Shown: in pieces, positions 1-9,774 of the stretch
Position numbering within the stretch: position 1 is the first letter of the stretch
How the letters are laid out: each line of letters opens with the position of its first letter
Assembly (NCBI GenBank): GCA_040225955.1
Contig: JBECUL010000059.1
Coordinates: forward strand, 1-12,208
Direction of reading: 5' to 3'
Length of the DNA: 12,208 nt
Origin: Candidatus Asgardarchaeum abyssi
GTDB taxonomy: Archaea; Asgardarchaeota; Asgardarchaeia; Asgardarchaeales; Asgardarchaeaceae
Position numbers and translations under genes: made by a program
The notes under the pieces: model-generated
What the model was told of the DNA's origin: nothing
Database searches by the model: none
What the model saw: the letters and a program-made list of their open reading frames with translations, nothing else

Positions 1-40
1 CTGCACGCATATTGTTCAAAGAGATCTCTAGCTGCGACAA
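1..40 (-). CDS. 5' end of an unidentified gene running off the left edge (MSQLEISLNNMRA...)
   Basis: Minus strand reads GGAGTGGTGA (SD-like), then TTG at 40 (in-frame GTGs just upstream), open to the window edge. Too short to assign a product. Confidence 0.5.
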   Translation of the reverse strand, partial: MSQLEISLNNMRA

Positions 41-320
41 GCTCACCACTCCTGCTCTTTCAAATTAAAATGGAAGAAACTATATGGGTTTGGTGAAAAA
101 CAAAATAACTGGTACCCATAGCTGCCTTTGACTATTTTCATGTCTCTTTTTAATTTTTCCTTTAAAAATTTTTGGGATATTTTCCTTTGGGTAACTCAAA
201 ATCCAATACCTTAAAGAACAGTTTTATCGGATAAGTAGAATTTAACATAAAAGTCATTTCCACCGAAATACTAAAATTTAATTCCCTCCAGATGGTAAAT
301 ATTATTCGGAGTTGGTTCGT

Positions 321-962
321 ATGGTAAGAATCATCTGGCATGGTCATGCATGTTTTGAAATAGTTGGTGAAAATGTAAATATAGTGATAGACCCTCATGA
401 CGGTTCATCTATAGGGATGCCTCCACCAAAGGCAAAAGGGGATATAATACTAGTAACACACGACCACTTCGATCATAATGCTGTTAATGTTGTTAAAAAA
501 CCAGATTCTATAGTCATAGATTCGATAGTTGAAAAAGAGATCAAGGGAGTAAAAATTTCTACAGTTGAGGACTATCATGATCCACAGATGGGGCGTCAGA
601 GAGGAAGAGTTCGCATATATAAGTTGACAATCGAGGACACAACAATAGTGCATGTTGGTGATCTCGGTCGAATTCCTGATGAAGATAAAATTAACTGGAT
701 GAAAAATGTTGATATATTTCTTGTCCCTGTGGGCGGTACATTCACACTGGGTGGTAGTGAAGCAGCAACTTTGGTAAAAAAAGTAACTCCCAAGGTTACA
801 ATTCCTATGCATTACAAGGTTCCTGGTTTACGTCTGCCAATATCTGGTGTTGATAGCTTCCTCAAGCACTTTTCAGATATCGAACAAGTAGATAGCAATA
901 TTTATGAGGTAATAAAGCCTCTACCGGAAGGGAAAATAGTAGTCCTAAAACCACCTAGGTGA
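321..962 (+). CDS. Metallo-beta-lactamase-fold Zn-dependent hydrolase (COG2220/UPF0173-like)
   Basis: Motifs HGHACF, IDP, THDHFDH, HVGD, PVGG, IPMHY. Start moved from TTG 312 to ATG 321, which follows GGAGTTGGT. Confidence 0.92.
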   Translation: MVRIIWHGHACFEIVGENVNIVIDPHDGSSIGMPPPKAKGDIILVTHDHFDHNAVNVVKKPDSIVIDSIVEKEIKGVKISTVEDYHDPQMGRQRGRVRIYKLTIEDTTIVHVGDLGRIPDEDKINWMKNVDIFLVPVGGTFTLGGSEAATLVKKVTPKVTIPMHYKVPGLRLPISGVDSFLKHFSDIEQVDSNIYEVIKPLPEGKIVVLKPPR

Positions 963-967
963 GCCGT

Positions 968-1588
968 GTGATAAATCAGCAAATTGGACTATTACTTGAG
1001 AAACTATATCATAGCAACCTAATCTCATTCTATATTATTTTTAAATATGAGGATGAAAAGAACGGATTTACACCCGTTATTACTACTGGGGTTAAAGAAA
1101 AACTAAACTCTGACAAAATAGTTCAATCGATTTTGACGAAAATACCACACTTCTTTGCAAGGGCAATATATTGGCGAAGCAAAGATGAGAAATTAAACCT
1201 AAAAAATGAGATATCTAAGTATTTAATAGTATTATCTACAGATGATAATCGTCGCTTTATTTTTTTCAATTACGATGATTTTCTTGTAGGATTGGAAACA
1301 AACATCGACGTTAGAGAGCTATTTTCAAAGCTTAATATATTTAAAGAGTTTCAATACGAGGAATTGCAAACTAAAAGTGTGGAAGTCTCCGAAGTACTTC
1401 GTACTCAAGAGTTAAAAGAATTTGAAAATAAAATTTCATTTCTCATAAATGTAGAGGAGATGATTAATGAACGAATAAACAAGTTAATAGAGCTTATTAA
1501 TTCTCTTAATAAAGCAATACGTGAACTTAAGCCTTTGCTTGCTAAACGAGAAGTTCTTGACATAAAAGAAGAAAAAAATAGCAAATAA
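968..1588 (+). CDS. Hypothetical protein: probable N-terminal Roadblock/LC7-like domain plus C-terminal coiled coil
   Basis: Long ORF directly after the MBL gene. GTG 968 follows AGGTGA (alternative GTG 959 overlaps the upstream TGA). Hydrophobic pattern suggests alpha-beta-beta-alpha-beta-beta-beta-alpha, then heptads (INERINKLIELINSLNKAIREL). The CDS is secure; the fold is inferred. Confidence 0.75.
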   Translation: MINQQIGLLLEKLYHSNLISFYIIFKYEDEKNGFTPVITTGVKEKLNSDKIVQSILTKIPHFFARAIYWRSKDEKLNLKNEISKYLIVLSTDDNRRFIFFNYDDFLVGLETNIDVRELFSKLNIFKEFQYEELQTKSVEVSEVLRTQELKEFENKISFLINVEEMINERINKLIELINSLNKAIRELKPLLAKREVLDIKEEKNSK

Positions 1589-1604
1589 TCTTTTTTAATA
1601 TATT

Positions 1605-2711
1605 CTACAACTCATGTGGAATCGCTTTAAGTGCAATTGATGATATAGCCGACGTTAATAAGATTATTGCTAAAACTGCTGCATACATTTCTGCTGTGAT
1701 ATATCCATTTTCAAGCCCAAATAGGGCTGCAACAATTCCAAATGTTAATCTGAAGTTGAAAAAAAGTCCTACAGCACTTACTGTTTTTTCCTCTATTATT
1801 TTTTTAGATACTATATAGACTCCTAGGTATTTCCCCAGAAATGCTACAGTACCAAATAATGTAACAAGATACAATACATTGATGTTTGTTAAATGAGTCA
1901 AATTCATCAACAACCCAGCTTTAAAGAAAAATGCAGGAGCTAAGAATCCAAAAACTAATCCTTTAAGCTTTTCTTCAACTAACTCGTCTTCCTCTATCAT
2001 CTCAGAGAATAGGATTCCAAGTAAAAATGCAAATACCGCTTCACTTATACCAACTCTTTCTGAAAAAAAAGGCATTGTTAATAAAAGAAGTAGTATGAAC
2101 TTTATCTCTATTTCAGCAGTATGCCCTTTATACCTCTGAAATATAAATCTCCCTATTTTTGGGGATAGATAAAGAAATACAAAAAGAAGTATCGTGTATA
2201 TCACTGTATAAATTCCATAATCGCCAACTAAAAGCGTAAGAGAAAGCATACTTAATACATCAGCTATCATAGCCCCTCCTAATATTATTTGTCCAGTCAC
2301 GGTAGATGACATATTTCTTTCTCTAAGTACGGCATAAACCAAAGCTAGTGACGTTGTCGATAGAGATATTCCCAGTAAAATTGCAGCCTCTGTTCCTAAA
2401 TTGAAAATTGCAATTGCAATAGTAAAGACTATAACAAACGGAACTATATACGATGTAATGCCTAAAGCCAAATTTTTGTATAAGTTCTTCTTTAATAATT
2501 TCGGATCTGTTTCAAAACCAGCAAAAAACATAAGTCCAAGAAGTCCAAAATCGGCCAAATAATCTATCCAATAAATACTGTGAAGACCTAAGAAATTTGC
2601 ACTGATAACTCCTGCCATTATCTCCAATATAGCAGTGGATATCCCGATCTCTATTGAAATAAATCCTGCAATAAGTATGAGTGCTGCCACTAAAATACTT
2701 TCTTGCTCCAT
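1605..2711 (-). CDS. Monovalent cation:proton antiporter, CPA2 (NapA/KefB-like), no C-terminal RCK domain
   Basis: Multi-pass hydrophobic 368 aa protein with GLLGLMFFAGFETD, LSTTSLALV, AMIADV, FLAPAFFFKAGL and GKYLG. Confidence 0.92.
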   Translation of the reverse strand: MEQESILVAALILIAGFISIEIGISTAILEIMAGVISANFLGLHSIYWIDYLADFGLLGLMFFAGFETDPKLLKKNLYKNLALGITSYIVPFVIVFTIAIAIFNLGTEAAILLGISLSTTSLALVYAVLRERNMSSTVTGQIILGGAMIADVLSMLSLTLLVGDYGIYTVIYTILLFVFLYLSPKIGRFIFQRYKGHTAEIEIKFILLLLLTMPFFSERVGISEAVFAFLLGILFSEMIEEDELVEEKLKGLVFGFLAPAFFFKAGLLMNLTHLTNINVLYLVTLFGTVAFLGKYLGVYIVSKKIIEEKTVSAVGLFFNFRLTFGIVAALFGLENGYITAEMYAAVLAIILLTSAISSIALKAIPHEL

Positions 2712-2795
2712 AGCTTTTCCCTCAGAACATCTTTTTGCTAAAGAAGGAGAAAAAGGTCGTATGCACTATCTACTATCTTATATTTTAATTTTTAT

Positions 2796-3161
2796 CTATT
2801 TAAATTCCAGATTTTCTATAAATTTCATAACTCGTTTATACCAATCTTCTGTTAATCTCTTTAATTTTTTTACTAACTCGCTCTTTGTAATCGCACAATA
2901 TACATTTCTTGGCCTTCCTATTTCCATTTTTTGAGAACATATTCTGACAAGCCCCTCCTCTATAAGTGGCTGAAGATGCCGATATATAGTACTTTCGTCA
3001 CGTTGAAAAACAGTGGAAAGCTTTTTCAAGTCAGCTGGTCCATTAACTAATAAATATTCAAATAATTCAACAGATATCTTAGAAAAACCATAGCAACAAT
3101 GCAATAAAGCTTTCAAAGTAAGAGACTTCTTGTGAAAAGATCTTATAGTGTATGCGCCCAT
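2796..3161 (-). CDS. Winged-HTH transcriptional regulator (TrmB-like/COG3355 type)
   Basis: CCYGFS..., HTH (DLKKLSTVFQRDESTIYRHLQPLIEEGLV), wing GRPRNVY, C-terminal helix ...EDWYKRV. GGAGG SD upstream of the ATG. Confidence 0.85.
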   Translation of the reverse strand: MGAYTIRSFHKKSLTLKALLHCCYGFSKISVELFEYLLVNGPADLKKLSTVFQRDESTIYRHLQPLIEEGLVRICSQKMEIGRPRNVYCAITKSELVKKLKRLTEDWYKRVMKFIENLEFK

Positions 3162-3190
3162 AAGTTATCCTCCTTTAAAAATTTTATAGC

Positions 3191-3239
3191 AAAAATTTTT
3201 AAATATTTTTTGTATTTTATTCACAAAAAATGCAAAAAA
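3191..3239. promoter_or_regulatory. Divergent promoter region: TATA-like TTTTTAAATA (3196-3205) plus inverted repeat 3206-3239
   Basis: TTTTTTGTATTTT-N8-AAAATGCAAAAAA (13-bp arms, one mismatch) lies between the TATA-like element and the thioredoxin start. Confidence 0.5.
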
Positions 3240-3248
3240 GTGATTTTC

Positions 3249-3665
3249 ATGTCTGATGAGGATATGTATCTTAAAAAGCTTCGCCTAAAGAAGATGAAAG
3301 AACTATTATCACAGAAACAAGAAGAATTTCCAGCTGATGGGCGAGTATATGATCTTGACGAACATAGTTTTAATAAAATAATTCAATCACGAATCCCGGT
3401 TGTGATAGACTTTTGGGCCGAATGGTGTATACCATGTAGATACATGCATCCAATAATTGAAAATCTCGCAAAGAAGTACATTGGGAAAGTCAAGTTCGCT
3501 AGAATAAACGTAGATTATCATCCCGATATAGCTAAACAATTCATGATAATGGGCGTTCCAACGTTCTTAATATTTAAGAACGGAAAGTTAGTTGATAGGA
3601 TAGTTGGCGCAGTTGGAGCAGGGGCCATTGAAAGGGTAATACTAAAATATATAGATGGTGAATAA
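3249..3665 (+). CDS. trxA: Thioredoxin (WCIPC active site) with archaeal-type N-terminal helical extension
   Basis: VIDFWAEWCIPC, INVD, GVPT, VGA motifs. Start moved to ATG 3249 because the upstream extension overlaps the divergent gene and promoter. Confidence 0.93.
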   Translation: MSDEDMYLKKLRLKKMKELLSQKQEEFPADGRVYDLDEHSFNKIIQSRIPVVIDFWAEWCIPCRYMHPIIENLAKKYIGKVKFARINVDYHPDIAKQFMIMGVPTFLIFKNGKLVDRIVGAVGAGAIERVILKYIDGE

Positions 3666-3679
3666 TTCTCTAAAACATT

Positions 3680-4219
3680 TCATCTACGTTTTTCTTTTAA
3701 ACGCTCAATTGTTATCTCGACCCTTTTAATGAGGAATGCTAACCTAGTAACTACCTTTTCTAAATGCCTTATGAGAGTGTTTAATTCATCATCATCAATT
3801 TCTTCTTCTAGAAGTATTCTCTTAGCTTTTTCAAGTAAAAAGTTTATATCCTCAATATCCATTTCTTCTATTTCCTCAACTGGCTTTAATATCTTGGCTC
3901 TAAAAGAATCAGGTCTAATAATAATCTCTAACGCTAAGTTCTTATTTATTCTAAAGTACTTTCTCTCCGGTCCTCTGATACTTTCCCCCTTGTAAGACTT
4001 TATTAATCCTAATTCTTCTAGTTCTTGGAGATGTCTCAATACCGCTTGTTGCCCTACACGAAGCGTCCTTGAAATTTCAGAAACGTACATGGGTTCTCTG
4101 GATAGTAGTTGTAGAATTCTAATCCTAGTCTCATTGCCTAAAGTCTCCAGTAACCTAACTATTTCTTCTTCGAGGAATTCTTCCACCGGTCTACGATATC
4201 TAAGTCTCCGCGAAAACAT
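3680..4219 (-). CDS. phr: ArsR-family heat-shock repressor, Phr (Pyrococcus)/HSR1 (Archaeoglobus) type
   Basis: LLETLGNETRIRILQLLSREPMYVSEISRTLRVGQQAVLRHLQELEELGLI...RGPERKYFRI closely matches the Phr wHTH as I recall it (LGNETRRRIL...VSELSRELGVGQKAVLEHL). C-terminal coiled coil; adjacent to cdc48. ATG 4219 follows GGTGA. Confidence 0.85.
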   Translation of the reverse strand: MFSRRLRYRRPVEEFLEEEIVRLLETLGNETRIRILQLLSREPMYVSEISRTLRVGQQAVLRHLQELEELGLIKSYKGESIRGPERKYFRINKNLALEIIIRPDSFRAKILKPVEEIEEMDIEDINFLLEKAKRILLEEEIDDDELNTLIRHLEKVVTRLAFLIKRVEITIERLKEKRR

Positions 4220-4230
4220 CCTTTTATCAC

Positions 4231-4245
4231 CGAAAAATTTATATA
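4231..4245 (+). promoter_or_regulatory. BRE-TATA promoter of cdc48
   Basis: CGAAAAA-TTTATATA, a consensus-like archaeal BRE plus TATA box. Confidence 0.75.
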
Positions 4246-4267
4246 TCAGCTTTTTTACATACAAAAT

Positions 4268-4284
4268 AGTCACAAAATGTGACT
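4268..4284. promoter_or_regulatory. Putative Phr/HSR1 operator
   Basis: Perfect palindrome AGTCAC-AAAAT-GTGACT. Its AC-N5-GT core matches the described Phr and HSR1 (CTAAC-N5-GTTAG) site geometry. Confidence 0.75.
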
Positions 4285-4286
4285 GA

Positions 4287-6539
<2,253 letters not shown>

Positions 6540-6618
6540 ACATCTCTAATACCTTATTTTTCAGATAACGATAGTAATCTTTAAATTAAAAATAATTCTG
6601 TTTTTTATGGTGACTCTA

Positions 6619-6954
6619 ATGAGTGAACCGGTTCGTGAAATCATTATCCAAGGAAGAGGAATTAAACGAGATCAAGTAGCTAAACTAAAAGATTTCCTAG
6701 CTAGTAAATTTTCAGAAAGAGTTGCTGAGATAAACCGTGACGGAAAAGAAATTAAAATTAGAGTTTTGGATCCAAGCAAGATATCGAAAACGAAACTTAG
6801 ACCTTATATTAAAAGATTTATTTATCATGAAGGACTTCGTGGAGAAGTAAAGGTTTTATCTGCCGGCGCAGATGCTCTTCTGCTCCACAGAAAGGGTGGA
6901 ATTGAACCAGTAGAAGAAGAAGTTGAGGAAGAGAAAGTAAAAGAGGAGGAATAA
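6619..6954 (+). CDS. rpl22e: Ribosomal protein eL22 (L22e)-like
   Basis: LKDFLASK...EINRDGKEIKI...ISKTKLRPYIKRFIYHEGLRGEVKVLS...acidic tail parallels eukaryotic eL22 (FEQFLQER...TIERSKSKITV...[27 protein letters not shown]...EEEEED). Lies directly upstream of eL13. ATG 6619 follows GGTGA. Confidence 0.72.
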   Translation: MSEPVREIIIQGRGIKRDQVAKLKDFLASKFSERVAEINRDGKEIKIRVLDPSKISKTKLRPYIKRFIYHEGLRGEVKVLSAGADALLLHRKGGIEPVEEEVEEEKVKEEE

Positions 6955-6970
6955 ACTTAGGTGATACGCC

Positions 6971-7411
6971 ATGATCAGACCAGATGTTAAAAAGCCTGGT
7001 GAAGATGAAATTCGCGAAGGTAGAGGATTTAGCATAGGTGAAATATTGGGTGCCGGCTTAACAGTACATGAAGCAAAAAGACGAGGGATTCCCATAGATA
7101 AAAGAAGGCGATCTACTCACGAGTGGAATATTCAGAAATTAAAAGAATACCTCGAAGCGCCAACGGTGGTCGAAAAAGAGGCTGAAGTGGCGGAAGAAGC
7201 TGAAGAGGTCGCCGAAGAAGCAGAGAAAATTCCTATAACTGAACTTAAGGGTTTATCAAAGGCTACAATAAATAAACTACTTGCGGCTGGGATTGAATAC
7301 GTAGAGGATATTGTAAATATAGACTATAAAGTTCTCGCTGAAACTACAGGACTTTCTGTAACTACTGCTAAGAAAGTAATAAATAAAGCAAAAGAAATAA
7401 CCCAACAATAA
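6971..7411 (+). CDS. rpl13e: Ribosomal protein eL13 (L13e) fused through an acidic linker to a C-terminal helix-hairpin-helix domain
   Basis: REGRGFSIGE...AGL...A...GIPIDKRRRS.HEWN is the L13e signature. C-terminal ITELKGLSKATINKLLAAGIEYVEDI...LAETTGLSVTTAKKVINKAK resembles the RadA/Rad51 N-terminal (HhH)2 domain. Confidence 0.92.
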   Translation: MIRPDVKKPGEDEIREGRGFSIGEILGAGLTVHEAKRRGIPIDKRRRSTHEWNIQKLKEYLEAPTVVEKEAEVAEEAEEVAEEAEKIPITELKGLSKATINKLLAAGIEYVEDIVNIDYKVLAETTGLSVTTAKKVINKAKEITQQ

Positions 7412-7417
7412 TAAGTA

Positions 7418-7987
7418 TCATCGGTTTCCTTCTTTTTCCGTGTTTTTTCTTATTCTTGCTAGGGCTGCAACAACGGCATTTAAGAAAGCTAAAGTAGCCA
7501 TTTCAAAAAGCATGCCTTTAAGTGTACCATGTTCACCATAAGCTGTAAGTTCTTCTAACTTTCGGCTTTGTTGATTTTCTTCTCTCCCTGGTATCGATAT
7601 TACAAGATCTGCTAACTTACCAAGTGTAGAATTAGGCTTACTTGTTATTGCAACGACTTTAGTATTTGTTTTTTTTCCAACTTTAGCGAATTTTACAGGA
7701 TAATCGGTCTCTCCAGTTCCACTAATTGCAAAGATCAAATCTGTAGCTCTAGGTGCAGGAAGCAAAGATTCACCAACAATATATACCTCATACCCTAATG
7801 AAACTAAGCTAAGACCAAATATTTTACCCACAAGCCCTGACTTCCCGACACCAACAATGTATACCCTATCCGCTCCCGAGAGAAGCTCTAATAGCTCACC
7901 AACTCTATTCCCGTCCAACCAGCTAATACTATTATTAAGGTGATTTGTGATGCTTTTAATTATGGATTCGATAACTTCCTTAGTCAC
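7418..7987 (-). CDS. SIS-domain protein, 6-phospho-3-hexuloisomerase (PHI/HxlB)-like, divergent copy B
   Basis: VYIVGVGKSG, IVGE, AISGTGET, AITSKPNSTLGKLAD, LFE. Lacks the C-terminal HxNL tail. Confidence 0.85.
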   Translation of the reverse strand: MTKEVIESIIKSITNHLNNSISWLDGNRVGELLELLSGADRVYIVGVGKSGLVGKIFGLSLVSLGYEVYIVGESLLPAPRATDLIFAISGTGETDYPVKFAKVGKKTNTKVVAITSKPNSTLGKLADLVISIPGREENQQSRKLEELTAYGEHGTLKGMLFEMATLAFLNAVVAALARIRKNTEKEGNR

Positions 7988-8552
7988 CTTTCTCAGCTCC
8001 TGTCATTCTTTTGTATAGCTCATCTATGATTGCTTCAAAAAGAAAAATCGTAGAAATCTCGAAAAGTGAGCCTTCATGAGTTATGGGCTCTCTTTCACCC
8101 TCTATCTCTCTTTCAAGGAACATTTTATAGTGCCATTTTCTTGTTCTTCCTTTGACTATTATTACGAGATCTGCGATGTTTGACAATGGTGAGTCCTCAA
8201 AAGATGTAATCCCTACTATGAGAGCCCCTCTTCGTTTAGCAGCATTACAATATGTGATAACCTCTTCTGTTTCTCCGCTTCCAGAAACTGCTATTACAAT
8301 ATCTTTTTTACCACCAATTGGAGGAGCTAAATCGAGTATTCTTTCACCAATAGCCGATACATTAAATCCTAGTTGTAGAAGTCTTATGGCAAAAAGCTCA
8401 GAAACAAGAGCGGACCTCCCTCGACCAACAGTAAATATTCTATCAGCGTGAAGTAGAAAGTCAATTAGTTTGCTGATATTCTCCTCATTGATATTCTCAA
8501 GGTTCTTAGTTACTTTTCTCGCTAAATATTTTATAAAATTCCTTGTACTCAA
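7980..8552 (-). CDS. SIS-domain protein, PHI/HxlB-like, copy A
   Basis: IFTVGRGRS, FAIRLLQLG, AVSGSGET, GITS..DSPLSNIAD, GSLFE. TTG 8552 follows GAGGTG. Overlaps copy B by 8 nt. Confidence 0.87.
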   Translation of the reverse strand: MSTRNFIKYLARKVTKNLENINEENISKLIDFLLHADRIFTVGRGRSALVSELFAIRLLQLGFNVSAIGERILDLAPPIGGKKDIVIAVSGSGETEEVITYCNAAKRRGALIVGITSFEDSPLSNIADLVIIVKGRTRKWHYKMFLEREIEGEREPITHEGSLFEISTIFLFEAIIDELYKRMTGAEKGD

Positions 8553-8704
8553 AAGAAACACCTCAGTGTTGAGGCTGGTGAAGCATATTAATACACCTTT
8601 AGAGAAGTATTTTAATCTTACTTACTTTTTTTCTAAAACTTCATTGAGAATATGAAAAAGATTAAAAGTTCATTTTTTGTAAACAATCATAAGAGGTGAT
8701 CAAA

Positions 8705-9010
8705 GTGCAACTAAGTCTAATAGGGCTTTTATTGATTTTCATAGGCTTCATACTTATGGTCATAGCTTCATTCTCTCTCATATTTGAAGCTACGGAGGAA
8801 GTAGAAACTCCTCAGTCACCAGAAGTTATAAGAGGACCAGAATACATTAGTGAGAGAAAAAGGGAGAAAAAATATGCAGGAGTTATTTTTATAGGCCCAT
8901 TCCCAATAGTAATAGCGTCTGATAAGAAAATGGGGATAATAGCGCTAATAGTAGGTCTAGTAATATTTCTTCTAGCTATGTTTCTTATTTTCATGGCTGG
9001 TTGGTTTTAA
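8705..9010 (+). CDS. DUF131/TIGR00304 family small membrane protein
   Basis: N-terminal TM helix, signature AGVIFIGPFPIVIASDK, C-terminal TM helix. GTG 8705 follows GAGGTGA. Confidence 0.88.
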   Translation: MQLSLIGLLLIFIGFILMVIASFSLIFEATEEVETPQSPEVIRGPEYISERKREKKYAGVIFIGPFPIVIASDKKMGIIALIVGLVIFLLAMFLIFMAGWF

Positions 9011-9774
9011 TGAATATAAATGCGATACTTTTTGATTTGTTTATTACATTGCTAAAACCACATCGTTTAATATCTGAAGGGTTTATTGATGCTACAATAC
9101 AGGTTCTTAGGAGGAGAAAAATTAATTTTGATGAAGAGAGGATTCATAGAGCTCTTACTGAGTCGTACGTCTCTGGTAGAAAACTTAAATATGATTTGGG
9201 AATAGAAATACATGCACTGCGATGGATTGCAGATAGCTGCTATAAAAGTGGCTTAAGACTTGATTTTTCAACACTAAAGGAAATACAAAAAGGGGCTCAT
9301 GAAATTATTATAAAGTCAACTGAAATTTTTAATGATGTAATACCAACCCTTGATGCACTATACAAAGCTGGATATAAGATGGGCTTAGTTAGTAACGTAT
9401 CTGATGACATGCTGGCAAGAGTATTGCTTAAGGAATTTAAATTATCTAAATACTTTTCTTTAGTTGTAACCTCTGCTGATATAAATATAAGAAAACCTGA
9501 TCCTCGCATTTTTAAGTACGCAGCTGAACATTTAGAAGTTCCAATCAGTCAATCCATGTACGTAGGAGATAGTATAAGGGATGATATTTACGGTGCAAAA
9601 AGAGCTGGCATGGTTACAGTGCGGATTATAAGACGAGGTGTAAAGGAAAATATATATTACGAGGGAAAAATATATGAGGACTATAAAGAAGTTTTACCAG
9701 ATTATACTATTAATTCTCTCACAGAATTAATAGATATTCTGAATGCTAATAAAAAGCAGGATGATTTAAAATGA
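9010..9774 (+). CDS. HAD-superfamily hydrolase, subfamily IA
   Basis: Motif I AILFDLFITL, II VSN, III RKPDPRIF, IV YVGDSIRDDIYGAKRAGM. TAATG overlap with the upstream gene. Confidence 0.92.
   Translation: MNINAILFDLFITLLKPHRLISEGFIDATIQVLRRRKINFDEERIHRALTESYVSGRKLKYDLGIEIHALRWIADSCYKSGLRLDFSTLKEIQKGAHEIIIKSTEIFNDVIPTLDALYKAGYKMGLVSNVSDDMLARVLLKEFKLSKYFSLVVTSADINIRKPDPRIFKYAAEHLEVPISQSMYVGDSIRDDIYGAKRAGMVTVRIIRRGVKENIYYEGKIYEDYKEVLPDYTINSLTELIDILNANKKQDDLK

Noticed and set aside
162-398. 78-aa minus-strand ORF
   Set aside because: Overlaps the MBL gene antisense and the promoter region; no motif; composition reflects AT-rich intergenic DNA.
450-812. Antisense ORFs 450-812 and 596-793
   Set aside because: Shadows of the well-supported MBL hydrolase.
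2635-2934. 99-aa plus-strand ORF
   Set aside because: Antisense to both the antiporter and the HTH regulator; no recognisable motif.
3729-4286. Plus-strand ORFs 3729-3995 and 4089-4286
   Set aside because: Ser/Ile-rich antisense shadows of the Glu-rich phr-like gene.
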